Both the position numbers and the translations under genes were made by a program. From positions 55,428,001 through 55,492,000 of the forward strand of contig NC_043012.1 in NCBI RefSeq assembly GCF_006345805.1: a stretch of DNA of 64,000 nucleotides. Direction: 5' to 3'. Under the pieces are notes generated by a model. It was not told the origin of the DNA. It was given only the letters and a program-made list of their open reading frames with translations, and searched no databases. This stretch comes from Octopus sinensis (Eukaryota). Below are positions 25,378-40,099 of this stretch, piece by piece. Each line of letters begins with the position of its first letter. Within the stretch, counting starts at the first letter, position 1.

Positions 25378-25784
25378 AGGATCTTTTCGGTTTGAACGGC
25401 AGTTTTTTAAAATAATTTCCACGTAAGTAAACACTTTTAAACTTCGTATACTGGTAGAATGTGTTTATAAAACATCTTTTTCTCTTGGCTTTATTGAGAA
25501 AATTCTATAGTTTGTAAGATATTTGTTGTTGTTTTTCTTCAATTTCTGCAATTTCAACCAATCAATGACGTCTATTGAGGTAAAAAGCATTCTGTGCCGT
25601 ATGAAAATGTCCTTCGTTTAAGAAACAGATTGGGTTCATTTACATTTCTGAAGAAAGAAAGATACCCTAACCCTAACCCTAAAATAGATTGAAATGCAAT
25701 AGATCGATACTAGGGTCATAATTATGGGTGACAATTTCACATGACACCGCTAGAAAAAACTGCCGTTCAAACCGAAAAGATCCT
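25378..25784. mobile_element. MITE, 407 bp, 31-bp perfect TIRs, 6-bp TSD, internal (CCCTAA)3
   Basis: TIR AGGATCTTTTCGGTTTGAACGGCAGTTTTTT (25378-25408 / 25754-25784); ATTCAT on both flanks; ccctaa x3 at 25665-25682. Confidence 0.92.
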
Positions 25785-25867
25785 ATTCATATACCCTGGA
25801 GTGAGTATTTCTCCTTCATAACCACTGAGTCACGCCTACATACATACATTCATACATACATACGTAA

Positions 25868-26190
25868 CCGGTACTCCGTTGGTTACGACGACAAGGGTTC
25901 CAGGTGATCATCAACCGAACAGCCTGCTCGTAAAGTAAGCGAGCAAGTGGCCGAGCACTCCACAGACACGCGTACTCTGAATGTATTTTTCAGAGAGATT
26001 CAGTGTAACATAGAATGTGACAAGGATGGCCCTTTGTAACACAGGTCCAACTCATTTTTTGCCAGTTGAGTTAGACTGGAGAAGTCTGAAATAGAATATA
26101 AACTACCTTGCTCAAGGACACAACGCGCCGCCGGGAATCGAACTCAAAGCCTTACGATCGTGAACCGAATATACTAACCACCAAGCCATA
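25868..26190 (-). mobile_element. tRNA-derived SINE family C, long-tail variant
   Basis: B-box-like gagttcgattccc; ccttgagcaag core; tail shared with 29554-29860. Confidence 0.72.
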
Positions 26191-26247
26191 CGTACATACA
26201 TACATACATACATACACACACACACATACAAACATACATACATACAT

Positions 26248-26280
<33 letters not shown>

Positions 26281-26728
26281 TACATACATACATATATACA
26301 CACACATACATACATACATACATACATACATACATGCATACATACACACATACACACATACATACATACATACACACACATACATACATACATACATACA
26401 TACATACATACATACATACATACATACATACATACATACATACATACTTATACCTACGCTGAACTATTGAGAAATCTGCAGCTACTCTGCTCAGATTACA
26501 AGTTCAGGTGTATACTTGTAATTATTGGGACACATTGCCTAAAAACCAATCTTGAGAAATTAGGCTTCTCAAAACCAGAATGAAGAAAGCTGATTCGAAG
26601 ACTACAGATCTAAGCTATCACTGGAACTGTAAAAATTTGTAAAACTTTCCAGAAGTTTATCATTTAAGTATATATGAGCATGTCTAGGCATGCAAGTAAG
26701 TATATGAACGAGAATTTATTTTTTATTT

Positions 26729-26875
26729 ATGCGCCCTTTTCAAGTCTAGACATTCTCATGGGCCCGGTTTCCCGGTTTCTGTGGCCTATGTGTTCCACCC
26801 CAGCTGGACGGGATGCCAGTCCATCGCAGCGTTACTCAAGAAACAGGAAGAAAGAGTGAGAGAAAGCCGGAGCCT
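26729..26875 (-). mobile_element. SINE family C, 3' fragment
   Basis: catgggcccggtttcccggtttc...ctggacgggatgccagtccatcgcagcgttactc. Confidence 0.75.
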
Positions 26876-27489
26876 CGTGGAGCTTTAGGTGTGTAACGGG
26901 AATAGGTTGCTTCTTGCACTTTTAGGGTGCAACTGGTGCATTCACAATTTCCGTTGCTTAAATTTCCAGATTCTACCAGTCAAAGAACACAAACGCGACA
27001 GTAAAAATATATACTCTTTATTGTTCTTATAACAGTAAGAAATAAGGTGGTATATTTGGTTCCACTTGGTATTTGGATGTGGCAAGGCTGAACTTTAACG
27101 CTTGTAAGAAACTTACAAGTAGTTCAGCATCAAAACAGAGCTGGTCAAATATGGCGTCCTTAGAGAGCGAAGAAAAATACGCGTCTGCAACAATGTCTGG
27201 TGGAAAGCCTTCTATCCGACTGCTACGTGAATTAGTTGATCACACGTATGAAAATACGTGCTTTCCCTTCGGTCGCTGTGCCTCAAGTCGCTCTGCTCAC
27301 TGCTGCTATGCGTCTCCCTGTACCCTTTTTAGGGGAACGCCACATCATCATTCCCTTCTTCCGGTCTTCGCGCATGCGCGAGAGGGCCCTTCCCTTCTGC
27401 CTCTACAGAAGGCTCGAAACTCCGCACACGCGAACTGAAATGGCGTTAGCGCGCGGCGCGCGCGCGCGCTGTTGGAATAGCGTCACTAC

Positions 27490-27596
27490 AGGTGTTTTCG
27501 CTCAATAAACACACACAACGCCCGGTCTGGGAATCGAAACCGCGATCCTCCGACTGTGGGTCCGCTGCCCTAACCACTGGGACATTGCGCCTCCAC
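27490..27596 (-). mobile_element. SINE family C head
   Basis: Minus strand gtggaggcgcaatgtcccagtggttaggg...gtttcgattccc (A and B boxes). Confidence 0.8.
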
Positions 27597-27822
27597 TATG
27601 CACGAGAATACATACATAAAACAAAATAAAACATAAAAATCTGTAGATGCACTGACTTCAAAAACTGCACACATGTACACAAACATCCTATTGTTGTTGT
27701 TGAAATTCCAGTGAAGAAGCCTTGAATATAGGGTAGAAACCGACTCTTTCTCTATTGGCAAGAAATTTTGGAATAAAACTGAATAATGACATAATAAATA
27801 AATAAATAAATAAATAAATAAA

Positions 27823-28071
27823 TGCACCCTTTTAAAGCCTAGCCAGACTCATGGGCCCGGTTTCCCGGTTTCTATGCCGTACGTGTTTCCCTGCTGGACG
27901 GGACGCCAGTCCATCGCAGCGTTACTCATTTTTGCCAGCTGAGTGGACTGGAGCAACGTGGAATGAAGTGTTTTGCTCAAGAACACAACGCGTTGCCCGG
28001 TCCAAGGAATCGAAACCACAATCTTACGATCATGGTACTGGCACCCTAACCACTAAACCACGCGCCTGCAC
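27823..28071 (-). mobile_element. SINE family C, full length
   Basis: Collinear with 28473-28720. Confidence 0.85.
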
Positions 28072-28472
28072 GAATAATGGCACACATTATATTACATTAG
28101 ATTTCAAGAGACTGAATTAGTTGTTGAGATCGTGTGCGTTGTTTAAGCGACGTCAATCGAGCGGCATGGGACTAACCGAGATTTATTCATTAAAGTTACA
28201 TTGCTGTATAATTAGAATGTTACTAAGTGGACAAGGTCAGTTGTTTAATTTGTTTGTGACACAAATTCTGGAACCGAACCAAGTAGATAAAGCCAATTCT
28301 ATTGATTGTGTAACAACAGTAAATTAATGTCGTTTATTTTCAACTGGGCACCAATGAAGCCGGTTAAGTTCGCTTGCCAATTATTACGGCACAATTGCTT
28401 TCGTTGATGAATTTGAATAAATGTATGAAACATGTGTCGTATTTAATATTATAGTTTATATATATTTATAAA

Positions 28473-28720
28473 GTGGAGGCGCGTGGCTTAGTGGCTAGGG
28501 TGTCAGCATCATGATCATAAGATTATGATTTCGATTCCTGGACCGGGCGATGCATTGTGTTCTTGAGCAAAATACTTCATTTCAAGGTTGCTCCAGTCCA
28601 CTCAGCAGGCAAAAATGAGTAACGCTGCGATGGACTGGCTCCCCGTCCAGCTGGGAAACACATACGCCATTGAAACCGAGAAACCGGGCCCATGAGCCTG
28701 GCTAGGCTGTAAAAGGGCGT
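28473..28720 (+). mobile_element. SINE family C, full length
   Basis: gtggaggcgcgtggcttagtgg...ttcgattcctgg...ttcttgagcaa...gggcccatgagcctggctagg. Confidence 0.85.
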
Positions 28721-29111
28721 ATATATTATTATAGATTTTAGTAGGCTCGTATCTCCACCGCGGTCAGATTTTAGCAGTTTGTCTTTTTGGGATCGATTTT
28801 GCAGTTTTTAAACAAACATTCTGTAATACATTATACCTATGTGTGTGTGTGGGTGTATGTGTATGTATGTGTGCATGTATTTATGAAATACACATACATA
28901 CAGTCATACACACATACACACTCATGCATACATATATCCATACATACGTCCATAAAATGCATGCATACATATATCCATCCATCCATCCATCCATCCATCC
29001 ATCCATCCACACATACATATATACGCACATAGGTACGTACATACATAGGTACGTACATTCATATGTATTCCCATACAGGTGCACAGAAGTGGATGTGGTG
29101 TAGCGAAACCG

Positions 29112-29204
29112 TGGGCAAGTGTCTTCTACTATAGCCTCGGGCCGCTCAAAGCCTTGTAAGTGGATTCGGTAGACGGAAACTTAAAGAAGCCCGCCATATA
29201 TATA

Positions 29205-29273
<69 letters not shown>

Positions 29274-29505
29274 TTACACACACACACATGTATTTGTGTG
29301 TGGGTATCTGTGTTTGTCCTCCCACCATCGCTAGATAACCGATGCTGGTGTGTTCGGCAAAAGAGACCGATAGAATAAGTGTAAGGCTTACAAAGAAAAA
29401 AGTCCTGGGCTCGATTTGTTCGACTAAAGGCGGTGCTCCAACATGGCCGCAGTCAAATGACTGAAACAAGTAAAAGAATAAAAGAATATAACGAATAAAA
29501 GAATA
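29112..29505 (+). mobile_element. SINE family B, 5'-truncated, with internal (TA)n
   Basis: Core and tail match family B. Confidence 0.85.
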
Positions 29506-29553
29506 CATACACACATACATGCGTAGGTACATACATATGTATACACATATATA

Positions 29554-29860
29554 GAGGATGAGCACTCCGTCGGTTACGACGAGGATCCCAGCTGATACGA
29601 TCATCGGAACAGCTTGTTCGTGAAATTAACGTGCAAATGGTTGTGTATTCCACAGACACGTGTACCTTAACGCAGTTCTCAGAGAGCTTCAGAGTGACAC
29701 AGTGTGGGACAAGACTGGCCCTTTGAAATACAGGTACTATTCATTTTTGCCAGCTGAGTGGATTGGAGCAACGTGAAATAAAGGACACAACGCGTCGCCG
29801 GGAATTGAACTCACGACCTTACGATCGTGAGCCGAATATCCTAACCAGTAATCCACCCGC
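29554..29860 (-). mobile_element. SINE family C, long-tail variant
   Basis: Homologous to 25868-26190. Confidence 0.75.
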
Positions 29861-29946
29861 TTTGTATATATGTATATATGTATATATACACATATATACA
29901 TATATACACATACACGCGCGCGCACACACACATATATATAAAAATT

Positions 29947-30700
29947 CTTATTTCTTTGTTACCCACTAGGGGCTAAACATAGAGGGGACAAACAAGGACA
30001 GAGAAACGGATTAAGTCGATTATATCGACCCCAATGCGTAACTGGTACTTAATTTATCGACCCCGAAAGGATGAAAGGCAAAGTCGACCTCGACGGAATT
30101 TGAACTCAGAACGTAACGGCAGACGAAATACCTATTTCTTTACTACCCACAAGGGGCTAAACACAGAGGGAACAAACAAGGACAGACAAACGGATTAAGT
30201 CGATTATATCGACCCCAGTGCGTAACTGGTACTTAATTTATCGACCCCGAAAGGATGAAAGGCAAAGTCGACCTCGGCGGAATTTGAACTCAGAACGTAA
30301 CGGCAGACGAAATACCTATTTCTTTACTACCGACAGATAGAACAAACAAGGACAGACAAACGGATTAAGTCGATTATATCGACCCCAGTGCGTAACTGGT
30401 ACTTAATTTATCGATCCCGAAAGGATGAAAGGCAAAGTCGACCTCGGCGGAATTTGAACTCAGAACGTAACGGCAGACGAAATACCTATTTCTTTACTAC
30501 CCACAGGGGCTAAACACAGAGGGAACAAACAAGGACAGACAAACGGATTAAGTCGATTATATCGACCCCAGTGCGTAACTGGTACTTAATTTATCGACCC
30601 CGAAAGGATGAAAGGCAAAGTCGACCTCGGCGGAATTTGAACTCAGAATGTAGCGGCAGACGAAATACGGCTACGCATTTCGCCTGGCGTGCTAACGTTT
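29947..30700 (-). mobile_element. SINE family A tetramer
   Basis: Three repeats of the junction gaaatacctatttcttt (near 30125, 30309 and 30480); head truncated at 30700. Confidence 0.92.
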
Positions 30701-30909
30701 ATATATAAAAATTCTGTGCCCTCCATTTGGGTTTTAGGTCGCCATTGTAAATGTTGTGCTTAGTACAGTATGTCAAGACGTATACTTTGCATGCCTTCCC
30801 CTGCAATGGCAGGAAGGAAGAATGCAAGGAAATTATTAGCCTCACTAGGAGCTGAAGTCTTGTGGCAGACATGCCTCGAGATGGGGTTTTACTAAAATAT
30901 GATAAACTG

Positions 30910-30949
<40 letters not shown>

Positions 30950-31213
30950 TCTCTCTCCCCACCTCTCTCTCCCTCTCTCTATCCCCCAGGTTCGTTCTCT
31001 GTCTCTTTCACACACACACTCACTCACTCACTCTCTTTCCCGACCTCTCTCTCTATCCCCCACGTTTGCTCTCTCTCTCTCTCTCTCTTACACATACAAA
31101 CACACACACACACACACACACTAATACACACAAACACGCAAACACATCCAAAATACATAATCACGCTTTCACTCATACCGCTAGACAGAAAGAAAGAAAG
31201 AAGAAAGAAAGAG

Positions 31214-31289
<76 letters not shown>

Positions 31290-32211
31290 CACGTGATCGC
31301 TCTCGCCGCGTCCCCACCCTCTTCCTCTCACTCTCTCTGTCCCCCTCGCTCGGTCTATCCCTCTCTCTGTTTCTCCCTCTTTCTTCCTCTCTCTCTCCCC
31401 ATTGAACCAAAAGAATACTTATATTTAGGCCATTTAGCATCTCCAAAATCCCAGCTTATAGGATGTTACTTTCGATTCAATATCTAACCTTAAAGAAAGA
31501 GATTAATCAATGCTCAAAAATCTTTTCCCAAGGTCATTAGATCACGATTTCTTATCTCACTGGAATTTCCCCATCTTTTCTATGCCATCATCCCTTACTT
31601 TAATTGAATCCGACAAGGCAACCGGTCTGTTAAAGATGCGGAAGCCATGTTTTTATTCTCGATTTCTTACCAGTTTTAATATTTGTGGTAAGTTCCACTC
31701 TATCTTTATTTCTCCCTGCCATGAGAATTTCTGTCTTTTTATGAAGATGGCTGGAGAAATGTCAGGTTCCATTAGATGTTCGGTAATCTGCAATTGTTTT
31801 CTTTAACCAAATTTTCTTCAGCGATCTTTGCCGTTCAGAATTTACACCATATTCTTTACCTGACATTCGTCAATTAACTAAACAAGAATATTTTAGTCCA
31901 GTGTATGTATTCGGCTTCTTGATTCCGAGTTAAATAGCAGCAGCTATGTTTTCTCTGATATTTGACAGCTAGAATCCATTTGACGATATGAATTGAGAAG
32001 AGAGCGGGAAGAAAGTGAAGAAAATGGGCAACGTAATTCAAATGTGTATATGTGAGGTCAGCGGCCGGAGCGGGGTAATAAATACGATACCAGTGAAGTG
32101 GAGAAGAATGGGAACCAAATATATGGAGAGGAAGGATACACTAGAATAATCTTGAATCGTTAGAATACGAGAAGGCTTCTAAAATTAACACCAATTCTCC
32201 CTCAAATCACA

Positions 32212-32275
<64 letters not shown>

Positions 32276-34383
32276 TGTTGTTGTTGTTGTCGTTGTTGTT
32301 GTTTTTCGTCCCAGGTCGGTTCTGATCGAGCAGACTCATTGACATGTATGCAATCACCCAGATGGCTGGATACGATCTGAGGATCCATTGCTCAAAATAC
32401 TGTACCTCCATCCTAGCTGGAAGCCATGTTGTTCTTTCTGGCATTCAGTTGTCAATCGTATTTCTTGGTGCTGGTGTTCCTTTTGTTGTTGTTGTTGTTG
32501 TTGTTGTTGTGTAGTCCCAGAGTCAGGGAACGGAGATAAAATGACAGGTGAGTATGTAGTCGCGAACCGGCAGATATAGGAACCCTCTTGCTATCCCACC
32601 CACTCCTGCTCCTTCACCCTTGACCCAGCAGAATCGCTAGGATGTGACAACTAGAATGGGATAAGGCTAACTAGTACCAGACTGAAACTCATATAAAACT
32701 GAGTAAACTGGAGCAATGTGACATGAAGTACCTCGCTCAAGGTCACAATTTGCGAGCTGGTCCGGGAATTGAGCTCACTCTCTTAAGACAATGAGCAGAA
32801 CATCTATCAGTACATCAAGGCTGGGATAGCAGGAGGTAGAGAGGGTTGCACACCAGCACCCGGTGCAACTCATTTAGAATTGAGTAAACTGGAACAATGT
32901 GGAGTAATGTACCTTGCTCAAGAACACACCGCTTCACCCAATCTAACAATCGAACCCGCGACCTTATGAACGTGAGTCGAATATTCTAACCACTAGGCTA
33001 CACACCTTCACGTTGTAGTTGTATCTGAGTGTAATGATAGATGCAGTGACCGAGATTGTAGATACTGGAGGTTTACTGCAGCAAAATACTGCGTTCTTCT
33101 ATTGTGATTCTTCAACATTCATTGTGAATATTTTTTGCTTCATTATATGTCTGTTTGTGGTATCTTGGTAACCTTGTGTTTTGTATTCTTTTCTTAGTTT
33201 ATTGTTTTGTTCCAGAGATATTGAAAACCCAGGCAAGACTGATATAATCCTTGGTTGAGTTAATGTATTGTTTGCACTCAATTGTTATAGTTTCCTTCCG
33301 TTGGTCAACTGCGTTCATTGTGATCGCTTTAGATATAAAATGTCCATCTATGTATCACATTCTATCTAGAAGCATCGTTGAAAGGTAAATTTACTGCGGC
33401 ATTCGTTCTAAGATATCTCTTATGCATGTGTTGTGTTTAAAAAAAATAATATATATATATAGGAGGGAGATGAAAATAGTCCCAGCACTAGCTAGCAAGG
33501 ATGCTAGATGCATTTCGACCTCTTTGGGCCTTGTCAATTGCATGTACCTACGGCCAGTCATATACATACATACATACATACATACTACATACATACATAC
33601 ATACTACATACATACATACATACATACATACATACATACCGAACCGCTAAGTTATGGGGGCATAAACACACCAACACCGGTTGAAAACATACGTCTATGA
33701 AATTTCAGGAAACATAAGATGCCCACTTCAAGAGATTCAATATTTCCTTCTGAACATCCAGAACTGCTTTTTTGTTCGTTTGTTTGTTTTATTAATTTTT
33801 TCTTTTTATTTATTTATTTATTTATTTGCACTCTCTGTATTTCAAGTGGTTTCCTACAAGGAAAGGGGTATTAAAAAAATAAGATAATAAGATGCAATAA
33901 AAACCCGCAGAATATTGTCCATATAAACGTTTCCTCTGTTAAATAGCGTCTGATTAGCATATGGAAATGACAAATGTAAAATGGCCGCTTGTCTTTCTTC
34001 CTTCAGTCAACTCGGCCGAAAGATAACACACAATATAATTTATTTATCAGTTATAGTGGATTTGCCAGCTTTACACAGCCAGTCCGTCAACAAAATCTCC
34101 ACTCTAACATTACTATGTTAGGTTGTTATTGTAAAACCAACAATATTATCATTCAGTCAAGTTATTCAGACCTGGTTTCGACGATGGCAATATATTCTTA
34201 GTGTGTGCTGACATCAAACATGGCGAATAATTTAACGCGCAAACATAATAACTTGCTAGACTCCTGCATTAGACGTAAACATAAACATTTCTTGGCGTTC
34301 GTCTGATGTACATATTAAGTACCCTTCGCTGAAAACCTGTGAAAGGAAATCTTTACATTCAATTATCATAGATATTGTTATTA

Positions 34384-35279
34384 TGGCGGTGAACTAGTAG
34401 AATCGTTAGCAGACCTATCAAAATGCTTTGCAGTATTCCGTCCGTCTTTACGTTCTGAGTTCAAATTCCGCTGGTGTCGACTTTACCTTTCATCCTTTCC
34501 GGGTCGATAAAATTAAACACTGGGATTGATGTAATCGACTAGATCCTGCCCTAAAATTTCAGACCTTGTGCCTATAATAGAAAAGATTATTAAAGCGGTG
34601 AGCTGGTAGAGTCGTTACTCAGTGGCATTTCTTCCGACTTTTTATATTCTGAGGTCAATTTTGCCTTTCACCCTTTCAGAATCGATAAAATAATTAAAGT
34701 ACCAGTCAAGTACTGAGGTCCATGTTTTCGACTGTCCTTCCTCCATAAAATTCCAGGCCTTGCATCAAAATTTGAAACAATTATTATCATAGATATTGAT
34801 GGCTACGGTGGCGAGCTGGCAAAATGCTTAGCGGCCTATCGTCAGTTTTTGCGTTCTGAGTTCAAATTCTGCCGAGGTCTACTTTGTATTCCATCCTTTC
34901 AGGGTCAATAAAATAAGTACCATTTCAGTGAGATCGATGCAATCGACTTAACCCTTGCCCCGAATATTGAAACCATTATTGTTATTGATGGCGACGAGGT
35001 AGAAAAATATTTAGAGCTCGGAAAACATGTTTCTCAGTATTGCTTTTGGCTTTATACACTCTAATACAAAACCGCCGAAGTCAACTTTTATCTATCATCC
35101 CTCCGAAATTGATTAAATAACGTAACAGTCAATACTGGATCGAATGTATCGACTTAACCACCCCTAAATTTCAGGTCTTGTGCCTTGAAATAATTATTAT
35201 AATCAGTGAAATACCGGGGTGAATGTAATCGACATAAACCCCTCTCCCAAATTCCATGCCTTGTGCCCCTAATAGAAAG

Positions 35280-35285
<6 letters not shown>
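34384..35285 (+). mobile_element. Cluster of about five older family-A SINEs in tandem
   Basis: Repeated degenerate heads and aaatttcaggccttgtgcc tails; attatcatagatattg recurs near 34361 and 34783. Confidence 0.75.
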
Positions 35286-36065
<780 letters not shown>

Positions 36066-36089
36066 ATCAGGAATTTAAAAAAAATTTTT

Positions 36090-36181
36090 TTTATCATCAT
36101 CATCATCATCATCATCACCATCACCATCACCATCACCATCATCATCACCATCATCATCATCATCATCACCATCACCATCAC

Positions 36182-36213
<32 letters not shown>

Positions 36214-36260
36214 AGTCGTCGTCGTCGTCGTCGTTGTTGTTGTTGTTGTTGTTCTTATTA

Positions 36261-36301
<41 letters not shown>

Positions 36302-36431
36302 GTTATTATTATTGTTATTGTTATTATTATTATTATTATTATTATTGTTATTGTTATTGTTATTGTTATTTTTATTGTTATTGTTATTGTTGTTGTTGTT
36401 GTTATTGTTATTGTTATTGCTATTGTTATTG

Positions 36432-36504
<73 letters not shown>

Positions 36505-36525
36505 AATGATGATGATGATGATGAT
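36090..36525. repeat. (CAT)n/(CAC)/(TTA)/(TTG)/(GAT)n compound microsatellite
   Basis: Tandem trinucleotide runs. Confidence 0.96.
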
Positions 36526-36594
36526 ACCAATACAAAGTGCCTTGTACACAATGAAATTATTTGATGTTCTTGTTTATATATTGCATTTTTTTTT

Positions 36595-37790
36595 AGGAGT
36601 CCAGAGTTGTTCAGATGTCGTTTTTGTTGTATTGATTGATCTTTTCTGGGGTTGTCCCCTCGCCGAACATATTTCTTTCCAAAATTCTTCCACTTATGCT
36701 GTTGGTGTTGCATTGATCTTGATTTTATTTTAGCCAAGTTTTTAGAATCTTTTCGAGTTGGAGTTGAACTGTTTGTTTTGTTCAAAAAACGTTGGCGTTT
36801 CTCATACCGGCGGATTCCTTGTGCTTTGGCGATAATATCTTGCTTAAGCAATTCTTTTACCTCAGGTATACCTTGTTCGGTAATTTTGTATTTACGTAGT
36901 ATTTTTCTTCTATTGTTGCTTAGTAGTGTTGATTGTCTTCTAGTTTCTTTAAGGATTGACACATCCTTTCTTTTATGGGTTTGAGGGTGTATCCAGCTTC
37001 TTTTGTGGCCACAGGCTGCTGCCTATATCATAAAATTTAACCTGGTCATATTGACATTTGTTTCTGTGGCTATTAGTTCTGTGACGACCAGATTCATGTT
37101 ATTTATTATTGACGTTTTGATTGATTGATTGATTGATTCTAGTTTCAGCTTATGAGCTGTGGCCATGCTGGGGCACCGCCATTTATCAATTTTAATTTTT
37201 GGGAGGTACAATCGGTGGTCCCTACTGATATCTGTGGCTTTCAATTCTTTGATTATATTCATTTTTAAAATATCATAATCTTCACCTTCACTGTTTCCAG
37301 GTTTTAGATTTGTTTCGTATTCCCTCTCGTTCATATTTTTGTCTATGGTATTCTGGTTTGGTGCATTTTGCTCATCATTATACTTTCCCTCGGTCTGGAC
37401 ATGTTACGTCTGTCTTCGTATTTTACAGTCCCAGTACTTATGATATTATTTGGCATTGCTGTGTGGTTACTATCTACGTTTTCCTGGTGTATTTTTCTTT
37501 TTAAGTGTTCAATTTCTATTTCTGATTTTCTTTTATGAGACTATATGTCCGTTTGTTAGCTAGTTTATTAGGGTTCATTGCTGTATCCAAATCTTTGTCT
37601 AGGTTATTTTTCTTCCAGATTTTAGATGTATATATTGTTGTGTTTTCGTTCTGTGAGTAGAGCACTGCTGTAAAATAAGCGTGCAGGATTGAAATATATT
37701 CCTCACATGTCCATTTATGCTTTTTTGATTTTATTTGCAGAATATGAACAATAATATCCGGCTCTTTATTTTGATGGTCATCATTCTCGT
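36595..37790 (-). pseudogene. R4/Dong-like non-LTR retrotransposon N-terminal fragment
   Basis: KHKWTCEEYISILHAYF..IWKKNN..NPNKLANKR and ELLKQDIIAKAQGIRRYEKRQRF..N resemble R4-clade pre-RT regions; a short SINE-B tail is inserted near 37140-37185. Confidence 0.7.
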
Positions 37791-37795
37791 AGGGT

Positions 37796-37850
<55 letters not shown>

Positions 37851-37876
37851 ACAACAACAACATCATCAACATCATC

Positions 37877-37934
<58 letters not shown>

Positions 37935-37946
37935 GTTATTATTATT

Positions 37947-38140
37947 AAGGCGGCGAGCTGGCAGAATTGTTGACACGCTGGACAAAATGCTTGGCGGTAT
38001 TTAGTCCGTCTTTACGTTCTGAGTCCAAATTCCAACGAGGTCGACTTTGCCTTTCATCTTATCGAGTTCGATGAAATACACTAGCCCTTCCACCAAAATT
38101 TTAGGCTTTGTGTCTACAGTAGAAAGGATTGCTATTATTA
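37947..38140 (+). mobile_element. SINE family A, internally deleted
   Basis: Head, core and tail segments match other copies. Confidence 0.8.
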
Positions 38141-40061
38141 TTATTATCATTATTATTGGTGATGGTAAATATGGTAATGATAGAGGTGGTGGTGGTAGTG
38201 GTGGTGGTGGTGGTGGTGGTGGAACCTTCCGTTTAAATTCACTTCTTTTATCAGCAGGACTAATGTCAACAACACACCCAGCCGTGGAGTGATATTCCTT
38301 TGATTCTGTTTTGTGTATGACGGTGTTTCATGTGTTCACTCTACGAAGAGAAGTGTATGCCAATACAAAGTGCCCTGTACACAATGAAATTATTTGATGT
38401 TCTTGTTTATATATTGCATTTTTTGTTTGTTTGTTTTTTTGTCAACATCTATTTCGTTGGTTATAAATCTCCAAAGGCTCAAATCACTGATTCACTGTAT
38501 TTGCAATGGTGAAAGTAACAAACGATTGTCTATACAACGCGGACGCAACAAATATCACAAGGGATATTATTTGCAGTTCTCGTCATGCCACTGAAAGAGC
38601 GATGCTAATTCAGAGCGTTGAAGGCAGGTATACTGAAAGAACACGTGCACTGATCATCCCCAAATAGGGGAGGTAATTCAAAGCGTTGTGATCAAGTATA
38701 GAGAAAATATAAGTGTGCAATTCATGCCAAAAATATGGATGCTGACTCAGAATAATAAGAGCAAGGATATAGAAAGGACAGAGGCTCAATTTATCCCAAA
38801 GAAGTATAATAACTGAAAACATTGATCGCGGGGATATTAAAAAGGCCTAACACAACGCACTTCCAAGAGATATCAGTTCAGAATATTGATGCTGGGTATA
38901 CAAGGGGAGGAGAGGCTCAATGCATCTTGGAGCTCGTTGGTCTCGTGTCACCTCTAATCAGGTCCATATTTTGTGTTCAGCCGATTTCCGCTTCCTCTTG
39001 AGGACTTAAAAAAAGTCAGTAATATATGATTTGAGGGAAAATTGTTTGCTATTTCTATCAGGTCGAGCGACCATTTAGAAGCACCTTGTTGATATTAAAC
39101 AAGCAGATCTAAAAGTTTTCCAGCCTTGATCATACCATCATTTTTTATGTCAGGGTCTAAAATATCCATGTGTATCTTTCTATTTATTAGGACAGTAGAG
39201 TGTGTTATTTGTCGGATGTTTGACTGCTATTTCTAGCAAGTGGAACGGTAACCGCGAAGAGGCGCTGTCATTGGTTTAGTATTCAACTACTAATCTTACT
39301 ACATCAATTACAAACCATATTGTAGTATTGTTTCTATTGACTCTTATAATTAACCATCGTTCTGCACTGTTTGACTTGGTAATCTTTCAGACACTGCGTG
39401 GGTGGCTGATATTCGCTTATGCGTGTATGCGGGTATAGTAAGTGTATATATGTATGTGTGTACATATATACATACACACGTGTGTGCGTGTGTGTGTATC
39501 TGTGTGTATATGTGCGTATGTGTATACATACACATATACATGCATATATATATATTATATATGCATATACATATATATGTATGTTACATACACCAACTAA
39601 TACATACTAATACGTACTAATACATACTAATACATACTAATACATACACACGTCCAGACCCCTCATACGCACTTATACTCTCTCATACACACACACACAC
39701 ACACTTATACATACTAATACGTACTAATACATACTAATACATACTAATACATACACCAACCCCATACATACGCACGTCCACACCAATCCTACGCACTAAT
39801 ACTCTCTCATACACACACACACCCTTATACATACTAATACATACACCAACCCTATACATACACACGTCCAGACCCCTCCTACGCACTATTAGCTGGTCCT
39901 TCAACCATATTATCAACCCTATTATCTCCCCTTATTTCGCTCTCGCGTCTCATGTTTGATCTTTGACCTCTGGCCGAAATCAGATCGCCATGTTGATTCG
40001 TTAGCTACTGCACGCATTTTTTTTTCTCTCCTTCTTTCTGTGTTTTTTTTCTCTCTGTGTA

Positions 40062-40099
40062 TCTTTCTGTTGAAGAGCGTAGGCTCGAAACGTTAAAGA
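40062..40099 (+). ncRNA. Minimal hammerhead ribozyme in the 5' pLTR
   Basis: tcttt-CTGTTGA-a-GAGC-gtag-GCTC-GAAAC-GTT-aaaga; helix I 5 bp; loopless palindromic helix III (AACGTT); A6>U. Confidence 0.72.

Noticed and set aside
25665-25682. (CCCTAA)3 as a telomere remnant or chromosome fusion site
   Set aside because: Only three units, lying inside a MITE.
28473-28560. tRNA-like sequences with A/B boxes
   Set aside because: They continue into SINE core and tail sequence and do not form complete cloverleaves; these are SINE heads.
29947-30700. Regularly spaced repeats resembling a CRISPR array
   Set aside because: The units are whole ~180-bp SINE bodies with no unique spacers, there are no cas genes, and the context is eukaryotic.
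31500-31900. Protein-like minus frame (…FIKRQKFSWQGEIK…)
   Set aside because: Several stops and no diagnostic motif; at most an ancient TE remnant.
38700-39020. Faint CR1-like words (KDIERTEAQ, EERL)
   Set aside because: Too short and scattered to support a call.
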